DNA of 17,817 nt. Source: Amoebophrya sp. A120 (lineage: Eukaryota > Protista > Dinoflagellata). Location: NCBI GenBank assembly GCA_905178155.1, contig CAJINV010000004.1:11348220-11366036 (forward strand), given 5' to 3'. The notes under the pieces are model-generated. The model was not told where the DNA came from, ran no database searches, and saw only the letters and a list, made by a program, of their open reading frames with translations. How positions within the stretch are numbered: position 1 is the stretch's first letter; the number at the start of each line of letters is the position of its first letter. The translations under genes were made by a program, and so were the position numbers. Below are positions 1-9,000 of this stretch, piece after piece.

Positions 1-416
1 CTCCCGATCTTTCTAGGCAAAAGCTCCGGCAAGGCTTCCGAGAAAGTCCCGCCGCGGAAAATATGAAGCGCGCCATAACCTTCAAACGCGCACAGTTTTC
101 AAAATAAGCGAACGAGCAAAGATCCACAAAACGGCCCACGCCTGCGGGAAAATAAGCTCGACAGCCAGCGACTTGCCGCGTTGAATGCCGCTCCATAGCC
201 AGAATTACCCGCAAGAGCTCCGCAAAAATATTTGGCCAAGAGCAGAGAGGCCGCGTCTCGAATCTCATCGACACAACCAGGACCCCAATGGCTACCTGAA
301 ACTGACTAGCTGACCCAGCCGCACCCTTCCCCCCCGTCCTCCCCTTCTAGTTCTGCTTCCCCCCTCCCAGTGCTCTCGATTTCGCTTCGGGATAGAGATT
401 CCTTCCCCCTGGCTAG

Positions 417-465
417 TATGGAATATTACCTGGCGCTTCATCTTCGGTGGCATCATCCGCGCAAA
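417..465 (+). repeat. 49-bp direct repeat, copy 1
   Basis: TATGGAATATTACCTGGCGCTTCATCTTCGGTGGCATCATCCGCGCAAA, identical to the cores at 2061 and 4051. Confidence 0.97.
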
Positions 466-1303
466 TATAGATGATCAAGGCCACACAGAAAAGCCACCGG
501 ACGCAGAAGGCGAGAAACTGCCCGACAATCAGCCACTCCGTCACGGAGTGGATGTTGCCAAACAAGAGCGTAAGGCCGCGGAAGGCTTTGTAGACCTTCG
601 CCTTCGGGTCAAAAACCCCAATCCAGTTCGTATCACTTCCAGCCTTCGAAATGCTTACATTCTTGTAAGCGTTGGCGATGTCGATCACCCACTGACAAAG
701 CCCCGCCCCCTCGGGGTCCGCACCATCTTCGGCAGTGTCGAAAGACGGTAGATGTTCCAAAGCGGCCCAAGCAACCTCCCGCCACCCTGGGTCGGACGGG
801 CGGGTACCCGGGAAGGGGTCAAACGTGTACTCTTCGCAGGCCAGGGGGTCAGCCCGTTTGCCCCCCTGGTCAAACACCCGCAAATCCCGCCAAAAATCAA
901 CCCGCGGCGGGCCGCCATCTTCTGCCAAAATCGCCGAGCTCGACGCAAGAGCGAGGGCATGGTGAACCGACGGGATCGGCATCGCCGATGAGATGTCGGA
1001 GCAAACATTCAACGGGATTCCATTGTCACAGAGGCGGATCTTATCCGCCTCATGGTGCGCAAAGCGGGTCAAGAGGATCCGCGCCCCCTTATCCCAAGCT
1101 TCGTCCAGGGTAAAAGGCCCCTGGAGCCAACCGTCCTCCGTCTCTTGTATCGTGGTGTCCCAACAATGCTTGGCGTCCGCGTCCGGCATCCACGAAGAGC
1201 TGCGTAGCCGCAGACGCGAAATATTTTCCGCACCCTCGACAGCAGCTGCCAGGTCGCCCGAATCCGACCGCCTCAGCGACAAAAAAGAGACCAAGGTAAC
1301 CAA
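466..1303 (-). pseudogene. Truncated reverse transcriptase of a tyrosine-recombinase (DIRS/Ngaro/PAT-like) retrotransposon
   Basis: ORF 413..1303 has RT motifs in the expected order: WDTTIQETEDGWLQGPF, RFAHHEADKIRLCD, IDIANAYKNVSI, VFDP..YKAF..LLFGNIHSV, then ALIIYI where YxDD is expected. From 465 down the frame runs into the 49-bp repeat (CADDATEDEAPGNIPY*). Family assigned by motif recognition only. Confidence 0.8.
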
Positions 1304-2060
1304 CCGCCTCAGCGACAGTCTACTAACGTGATTCCTTGAAAAAGAGAACAGGTCACCCTACTTGTGCTCAAAAATACTACAGCTGCCTGGAAGGAGAGAA
1401 AGGTAGGTGGGGCGCGAGCCATCCTTCTTGGCCCAACCAAAGGCATGAGCCCTAAAATTCACACTCTAGTGTACAATCGGATCCCATTTCGGATCACCCT
1501 ACCGCTAGATACTCAGCGAGAATTTCTCTTTGAAGAACTTCCTTCATTTCAACCAGTTTGGAGCCTCAAGCTCGTTAAAGAGAAATACCATACTGCCTCG
1601 CAGTTTTGAGCGTGAAAAATAAATTCTTGAGGGAGCTTCACTCTCTTCGTAGCGAAAAGGGAGTCGAAGGTCCCTAAAAAGAAGCACACCTTAAACCACT
1701 ACGGCCCCCCCGGCCGTAGTCACAATGGCTTCAGCGCCCACAATAAAACTGCCCCCGCTGGGGCCACCCTCTGTGGTGAAAGATCGCAAAACTCCCCCCG
1801 CTGGGGGATGCCCTCACTGGCGCCACCCACTTCGGTGTAGAACAACTAGCTAACGCTAGTTCCAGCAAAAAGTACCACCTAAACCTACGTCCCCCAGACG
1901 CACATATCGATGACTCTACATCGCTCCTCCCCACTCTAGGGGAGGAGATCGCAAACGTGCAATAGCTTCTACGGATCTGCCAGCCGATATAGTGCGAACG
2001 GGGGACCCCAAATCCCAGTTACTACACGAAAAGGATCTACCGAGGTAGATATGTCATTAA

Positions 2061-2119
2061 TATGGAATATTACCTGGCGCTTCATCTTCGGTGGCATCAT
2101 CCGCGCAAACCCGTGGAGC
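2061..2119 (+). repeat. 49-bp direct repeat, copy 2 (extends to 59 bp shared with copy 4)
   Basis: Core 2061-2109, plus CCCGTGGAGC shared with 6056-6065. Preceded by ATTAA, as is copy 3. Confidence 0.97.
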
Positions 2120-2574
2120 ATTTTGGAAAGTGGGTGGGGAACTTGCGCTAACAGGGGTCGCCACTTGTGCGCCCCTTGCTCTGCGCCATGCTCTACGAAC
2201 AGAGAGCGCGTCTGGATTCAGCTCCCAGAAGCGGAGTCCAGCCTTCCTCGGACCCAGCTCCCGGCGAAAACTGCACGGCGGCACGACTTTTGGCGCCTGA
2301 GTTTTATGGCTATGGCGCTCGCCGGCCTGCGTGGCAGCTTGCCAAAGTCAACGGCTGGCAAGCTGTAGCGCACAAATGAGGCTGAGGGGCCAAGGAAGTG
2401 CGAAGCTGTTGAAGTGGCTTTCTCAACTCTCAGCAGCTTTATTCTCCTTCGTTTCTGCGTTACAAATGCAGAAATGAAGGACAAAAGAAACGCGAAGAGC
2501 TTTCTCCTGTCCTTCGTTTCTGCGTTACAAATTGCCATCATGATTGGCAACCTGTAGCGCAGAAATGAAGGGCA

Positions 2575-3870
2575 AACTATTGAAGTGGCTACTCCAACTG
2601 TCCTCCATCGGAAGAAAGTTGAAAAAGTAGCCACTTCGATAACAACTGCATGACAAATTGCCACAGTAGTGGCAGTTGTTGAAATTGAACAACAACGCAA
2701 ACGCGTTCAAATTATAGCCACTGCAGCAAGAATTATCTGTGTTGTTGTTCAGTTTGCAACTTGTCACGCAGCTTTTGATGAAGTGGCCACATCAACTCTC
2801 CACCAGAGTGACGTGAGCAGCTGCGCGACACGTTGCAAACTGAAGCTGGACAACGACGCCAATTGTTGAAGTGGCTATGTCAACAATTTGCGTCGTGTGC
2901 GAGCAAAAATTGTGAAAGTGGCCACTTCAGCAGTTCGGGTTCTGCGAATTGTTGAAGTGGCCACTTCAGCAATTCGGGTTGTGCAAAATGTTGAAATGGC
3001 CACTTCAACAAAACCCGAATTGCTGAAGTGGCCACTTCAACACTTTGCACAATTATTTCAACAATTTGCACAACGCAAATTGTTGAAATAGCCATTTCAA
3101 CAATTTGCACAACCCAAATTGTTGAAGTGGCCACTTCAACAATTCGGGTTGTGCAAAATGTTGAAATGGCCATTTCAACAATTCGGGTTCTGCGAATTGT
3201 TGAAGTGGCCACTTCAACAGTTCGGGTTGTGCAAAGTGTTGAAATGGCCATTTCAACAATTCGGGTTCTGCGAATTGTTGAAATAATTCGGGTCGTGCAA
3301 AATGTTGAAATGGCCACTTCAACAATTCGGGTTCTGCGAATTGTTGAAATAATTCGGGTCGTGCAAAATGTTGAAATGGCCATTTCAACATTTGCAATTT
3401 AGGGTTTTGTTGAAATGGCCATTTCAACACTTTGCACAGCCCGAATTTTTGAAATCATGGCCACTTCAACAATTCGCAGAACCCGAATTGTTGAAGTGGC
3501 CACTTTCGCAATTTTTGTTCAATTTCAATAAATTGTCACTATTGTGGCAATTTGTCAAGCGCTTGCTATTCAAATGGCTACCTCAACTCTCCGCGAAGTT
3601 GAAGTAGCCACTTCAACACAAGCTGCGTGACACGTTGCAAACCCAAGCCGAACAACAACAAGAACGCAAATTGTTGAAGTGACTACTTCAAAAATTTGCA
3701 CAGCGCAAGTTTTTGAAGTGGCAACTTCAACAGTTTGCCTGTGCGAATTGAAGTAGCCACCTCCATAACAACTGCGTGACAAGTTGTAAACTGAACAACA
3801 ACGCAAACTGTTGAAGTGGCTACTTCAGCAATTTACTGCGTCGCTGTTCAATTTCGTCACGCAGTTGTTA
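2575..3870. repeat. Palindromic satellite / foldback-like array
   Basis: Many copies of the self-complementary units TTGTTGAAGTGGCCACTTCAACAA and TGTTGAAATGGCCATTTCAACA, separated by short linkers (TTCGGGTTCTGCGAA, TTCGGGTTGTGCAAA). Long inverted arms at 2904-3016 / 3402-3517, ~2650-2695 / ~3511-3560 and ~2740-2790 / ~3600-3660. Confidence 0.9.
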
Positions 3871-3981
3871 TTGGTATGGCTATCAGAAAGCTGAAGGGGC
3901 CTTGGCTTGAAAGTTCGCCATGCCATCGGTGAACACATTTTTAAAACATGCCCGATGCTTTTTCTATATAGACGCGAACGC

Positions 3982-4029
3982 TCCTCCCTGGTCCTCCCTG
4001 GTCCTCCAGGGTCCTCCCTACTCCCTGTC
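3982..4029. repeat. 10-bp minisatellite (~4.5 x TCCTCCCTGG)
   Basis: Directly visible just left of repeat copy 3. Confidence 0.8.
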
Positions 4030-4050
4030 TATAAATTTCTCTGGTATTAA

Positions 4051-4100
4051 TATGGAATATTACCTGGCGCTTCATCTTCGGTGGCATCATCCGCGCAAAC
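4051..4100 (+). repeat. 49-bp direct repeat, copy 3
   Basis: Core 4051-4099 identical to copies 1 and 2. Preceded by ATTAA. Confidence 0.97.
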
Positions 4101-4755
4101 TCAAGAAGTTCCAATTCCCAAGTACAAAATTCTCAAAAAAACGAAAATGATTTTTCCGCTCTGTCGAAGCAAGCCGCCGCAGCAACGAAGAGTCTGGCTT
4201 TGGTGTCCGCCGTCGGTGTGCCGGGTAGCGCGCTGGTTTCTGCCACTGCAAGGCCCGATAGTGCAACATCCCCGGCCCGAATAAACGCAAACCTTCCGGC
4301 TCTGATATCGCATAAACCGCTCTGCCGCGAAGAGGCGGGGAAACCTGGCGAACCGCAATAGGTCAGGACGCCGCGGGTCATGGAAGGTCCGCATTTTTCT
4401 CCTACTCATGGTCGCCAAAGCGACCTCAACAGCCACAATCTTTTACCTAAAAGCACGTAGCCGCTGCTACGTCCGCGCCGCTCCCCTGGCAGTTGCCCTG
4501 CCATTACTCTATACCGAAAGGCTCAACACCCGAACAACCCGACGACGTGGCGCTCTGCTGTTTGCGTGCTACTGCTTTTGTATTTTTCAAAAGGATTCAG
4601 AAAAAGGAAGTTCACTGCGTTCGGGTTTTAGCTACGCCAAATTCGTTTTCTTTCATAGTGCTTTTTGCATACAGGCAGACCGTCGCTGCCTCTCATTTGC
4701 TAGTTACTTTCTGGAGGTGCTTGATTGCTGGAGACCGCTGCGAGGTCGTTAATTT

Positions 4756-5796
4756 CTAGAGCTTCAGATCATACAACTGCAAGCCCACCAGTATGCTGCT
4801 TTCATTTTGGAGCAGCTGCTTACTGCCTAAGAGGTGGGATTTTTCGAATCGGGTAAAATTAAAGTTCAAACGACGGTCCTCTGCGGCCAATACGCACCGC
4901 GCGTAAACCTCCGCCTGGGAAGCTGCAGGAAACTGATGCTCGCCGTAGGCCCGGTGCACGCTGCTTCCCACCCAAGAAGAGGGGGCTTGGCAGGCCAGAG
5001 TTCTCGCGCGCTCAATGTCCGCGCGCCCCTCTTTCCAGTATTCTTGTATTTTCTCGAGCGGGATCGGGAGGTGCGGCCGCGAGCTACTACTGGTGTGGTT
5101 TTGCAATCCTGCCGCAGCGGTAGTGCCCGTCGTGGTGGGCCTGCTACTGTGGCCGGCAGGGTGGAAGGCGGAAGTACTACTTGATGCTGCCGCCGCAGCT
5201 GGATTCTTTTGCCACTTAAAGCCGCCTTCCCCATCCGGAACGAGGGTCCCTCCCGGCCTGGTCGGGCTACTTCCGGTCCGCGCGGGCGCATGCTTCCTCG
5301 ATGCTGCCGCTTGGGCAGCATTTTCAATACTGCTCTCCACCTTGAGGCGCTTCCGGTCCGGCTCGTATTGCGCCTTCTCCGCATCGGAAAGGACATGCTT
5401 CCACTTCCAGGCGGCCTCCGCAAAAACTTCCCGCGCCTGGTGCTGCTTGGCTACGCCGTAGGCGCTGCTCATTGCATCGGGGTTGTGCGCCATCGTCAGC
5501 TTGTTTTCCTTCTCAATTTGCTTCCCGATGTAGTTAGACCGAGCGGAGCACTTCTGCCGTTCCGTCTTCTTCCTTGCCTTTGCGGTGCGCACCGCTTGCC
5601 AGGCATGCTGCGCCAAAAGTTCCGAGCTGAATTGCGGCACTAGCACCTCCTGTGACAATCCCTCCACCGTTCTCCTCTTCGTGTGCAAGCCGACTTTTTT
5701 TGAAGAGATCGCATGTTGCGACTCTTCTAACCGTGTGCCCAATGTGACCACCTCGGCCACTGTCTTTGCAGGCCGGCCCGTTTGGATCTTGGGCAC
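4756..5796 (-). CDS. Uncharacterised basic protein or fragment with an HMG-box-like segment, probably 5'-truncated or frameshifted
   Basis: 346-aa ORF. EVFAEAAWKWKHVLSDAEKAQYE resembles HMG-box helices 2-3 (..W..LS..EK..YE). GTG start, with an in-frame TGA at ~5830-5832. Protein-like sequence continues upstream in another frame (5800-6006). Confidence 0.4.
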   Translation of the reverse strand: MPKIQTGRPAKTVAEVVTLGTRLEESQHAISSKKVGLHTKRRTVEGLSQEVLVPQFSSELLAQHAWQAVRTAKARKKTERQKCSARSNYIGKQIEKENKLTMAHNPDAMSSAYGVAKQHQAREVFAEAAWKWKHVLSDAEKAQYEPDRKRLKVESSIENAAQAAASRKHAPARTGSSPTRPGGTLVPDGEGGFKWQKNPAAAAASSSTSAFHPAGHSSRPTTTGTTAAAGLQNHTSSSSRPHLPIPLEKIQEYWKEGRADIERARTLACQAPSSWVGSSVHRAYGEHQFPAASQAEVYARCVLAAEDRRLNFNFTRFEKSHLLGSKQLLQNESSILVGLQLYDLKL

Positions 5797-5967
5797 AGGC
5801 AGTCGTGAGCGTGTCCTTCTGGAATCGCTTCAAATACTCCACCGCCCGAGCCCGTACACGTATGACGGTTGCCTTATCCACCGCATATCCGACCAACAGC
5901 CCGAGGGATTTGGAGAAGGCCGCGTACGGAAGCGAAGCGCTGAACATGATGGCCCCGACCACGTGCC

Positions 5968-6007
5968 CCTTCACATCGTCGAAAATTGCCTTCACATCGT
6001 CGAAAAT
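5968..6007. repeat. 19-bp tandem duplication (21-bp period) abutting repeat copy 4
   Basis: CCTTCACATCGTCGAAAAT at 5968-5986 and 5989-6007. Confidence 0.9.
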
Positions 6008-6065
6008 ATGGAATATTACCTGGCGCTTCATCTTCGGTGGCCTCATCCGCGCAAACCCGTGGAGC
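6007..6065 (+). repeat. 49-bp direct repeat, copy 4 (inside the last visible exon of the large gene)
   Basis: Core 6007-6055 with one substitution (GGCCTCAT vs GGCATCAT), plus CCCGTGGAGC. On the minus strand it reads in the gene's frame as ELHGFARMRPPKMKRQ followed by CAG|GTAATA. Confidence 0.95.
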
Positions 6066-9000
6066 TCCCTGGCCGTCTCATACCCTGGCAGGTTTTCTCT
6101 CATCAGGTGAAAGTCCAGCTCGTCCTCTGTTTTACGCCTTTGTGTCTGCGACGCCCTTTGTTCCCCGTAGTGGTCATTATGCATTTTTGCAAAGATCGAT
6201 CTGGGTGGTCCTCGTGGTCTACAAGAACGTGTTGATTCTAGGTCTGGTCGACACGAAAATCTGAAGCAAACTATTGCATGGGTTACAGCGAGACCTTTTG
6301 TTCGCCCGGACGAATACTTATCATGCAGGATAGGCATCACATCGGGGAGCTTTTTTCATCAAAAAAGCATCTGCACACCAAACTCTCTGTCTTTGTGTCA
6401 ACAACATCTTGGTCTTCATGATCATAATCATGATCATGCGAAGGCTGCATTGCTAGTATCGAAGGATCTCTCTCAACATAATCCACAACGACGTCCCAGA
6501 ACGAGACCCAGATCATGACCTCTTTGCAGCTGATACTGGTGTTGATCGAAAGGCACAAAGTTCACCTCGAACGCATCTGCCACGGCGTTCTGGATCATTT
6601 GGTTCACTTTTTCCCGGTCCTCCGGCTCCGCATGCTGCTCCCAATCCCAGTTTTGCAGGTCCTCAAGTGATATCAAATGTAAAAATGTCTGGGTCTGGAA
6701 GAATGCAACTTGTCATGCTAAATCTGAAGCATGCAAAAATCTGTGTTGCATGGTTACCAAAAGTCGTCCAGATTTGACCAAGTCGGGACGCAGTTTCTCA
6801 TGCAGGATAGGCATGAGAAAGATCGCACAGAATCTGTCATGCTAGGTCCTGCATTCCAGACCTCATGGGTCATGAAAAAGCTGGATGACAAATCGCGCAT
6901 TCTTCCAGACCCAGACATTTTTACATTTGATAAGTGAGACGTGCACTGTCTGGGCTTCGTCCTGGTCATGGTTGATCGCCGGTATCCTGAGTAAAAACGT
7001 ACCCACACCAGAGTTGTAACGCAGATTTGCAAAGACAGGAAGACTTGTAATGCGCATCCCCATAAGAGCCATTTCCAGTCGTGTTTTGGAATTTGTGATG
7101 CTGTGAACAGGATGAGCAGATTATGGGGTCGTCAACGTTGTACTTGCCTCAGACCGTAAAAAAAATTCTGCGCGCATTTTTTCGCGGCGCAAAGCTAGTA
7201 AACCTGTGCACGCTAGTGAGGGGCTGACTTGAACGCGGTTTGTTTTACCTAGCTTGTCAGCAACACTGCTCCAGTAGGTAAGTGAGTATTGACGCGAAGG
7301 GGGGCGGGGTGCTGGGGGTTCTTCTGTGGCTGATGTTTCCACCTAGAAAACGCCGGGCGCGCGCAATATTTTTCTCCGTTTTCCGGATTGCTCTCTCCGT
7401 GCAGCTATTTGCCGCTATGGCCTGGATCAGCGTGTGAGGCTGGAAACGCCCCGCGAGATGTCTACACAGGCCCTGGCCTCGTCGTCTCTAGCAGGCACCA
7501 CGCACACATGTTGGCCGCGAAGGCCTTTCCGGAGCCCTTCCAAAAAGGGGGGGCCGGAGGGGTGCCCGGAACCCTAAAAAAAAGCCTATTGCTTTTTCTT
7601 CGAATCACGATGGTGCTACCCCTCCCCAAAAGGGGTCCCGGAACCCCTCTGGGAACCCTTCCCGAAAGGCTCTCGGGCTTTTCGCATTTTGCCGAAAAAG
7701 CCGCAAAGGCAAAATGCGCGCGCGCCTGCCGGTACACGCGTGCACAGCTGCGCGGCATTAGAAACAAGGGGAGGCGCAGCCGCGGCCGGTTCCGTTTGCG
7801 CCCTCGACTCCGACCGACTTGCACAGATTGAGGCCCATTGTCTAGCGGCTGGACTGCAAGAGGGCCTGCTGCAGCACCTCCAGGCTGCAGGGGCGCTCCG
7901 AGGCAAGTCCGTGGAGCAGCAGCGCCGGATAGCTCCGTCTTTAGCCACTGAGAAGCGCTGCGAATAGGCTAGCGATTTCATTAGGTGTGCAACATAGTGG
8001 GGGGCTATACGTGTGCAACATGATGGATATCAAATACAAAAAAAGGCGCGCGGAAAATTTTTTACAGCTTGAGGCAAATACAAGTTTGACGACGCCATAC
8101 AGATGAATCTGTGATGCGGCTGCACTTGCTAACCTGCACTACACTGCATGGCGCAACTTGTCACGCGTGACTCACAAAACTCCTAGGTTTGTGTTGCAAA
8201 ATCCCCATCCTGACTCTGGTGTGGGTATGTTTTTACTCAGGATAGCCGGCCCCTGGTGGTCAGGCCCCACGTCGTCCTTTACCTTCTGCAGCAGCCGGGC
8301 CGCCAAATAGCCGGCGAGGTGGGCCGAGAAACCCTCCTCCATCAGCCGCATTTTGGCTTCCACGAGGTCATATCAAATGCAAATAGGTCGTCTAGCGCTC
8401 TGGAAAAGTGCATAACGCAGGTGGACCACTACATGAGTGTTTTACAACATGACCCGCGATTTTTGCTCCTGTGAAGATGCATGTCCTGGCATCACAGGTT
8501 CGTTTTTTGAGGGCTCGTTGCTGGTGCTCACCCCGCATGATGCGAAATCGAAATGGCCTCTACTGCTCCGCACAGCAACATCTGGACACTCCTGTAGAAG
8601 TTGCTGCTCATGCAATACAGTTTTTCATCGATTCCAAGAGCCGCATCAGAGATTGCACTCTACTTGTTCCAAGGAACTCAGACAAAGTCTTGCATTTGGT
8701 AGATCATCCTGGTCCTCGGCGGCGACTAACGCTTCGGCGCCTGACGACCGGGTTTCCGCCTGAACCTCGAGCAAGTGGTCTTCGTGCTGCTTGCGGTAGA
8801 CATTTTTGAGGAACCCCCGCATGCGGCCCACCTGCTCCGGTGCCTCGACGTCGTCGAAGTCCAGACCCATCCTCTGCATGATCTCCATGTCGTGCGGGTC
8901 CGTGGGTCGCAGCAGCAGCGCCTCGTCGTCCACCTTCTCGTCTTCCACCTGGTCGGCCAACCGACGGGCGTATTCCCCGCTCAGGCCGGCCGAAAGAAAG

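Noticed and set aside
1-416. Open minus-strand frames, possibly a recombinase N-terminus
   Set aside because: No diagnostic motif, and too short to support a call.
423-465. U1 snRNA-like start (ATATTACCTGGC versus ATACTTACCTGGC) in the 49-bp repeat
   Set aside because: No U1 stem-loop I/II motifs or Sm site follow, and shared sequence stops after 49-59 bp. It is more simply the complement of a 5' splice site.
374-2060. Helitron 3' ends next to the repeats (CTAG|T at 413-417; hairpin ATCTAC-CGAG-GTAGAT at 2035-2050)
   Set aside because: The CTAG and a strong hairpin do not occur together at one junction, and neither recurs at the other copies.
1320-2060. RIP-like CTA/TAG enrichment upstream of the RT
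   Set aside because: A rough count is close to random expectation. It looks like decayed or non-coding sequence.
2880-3607. Repetitive ORFs (MAISTFCTTR.., LKWPFQHFAQPEL..)
   Set aside because: They are by-products of the palindromic satellite, and the same peptides appear on both strands.
417-6055. Bona fide CRISPR array
   Set aside because: Spacers are kilobases long, there are no cas genes and the context is eukaryotic. Only the layout is analogous.
7388-7981. ORFs inside the nested element as a transposase
   Set aside because: They are short and low-complexity, with no DDE or DNA-binding motifs.
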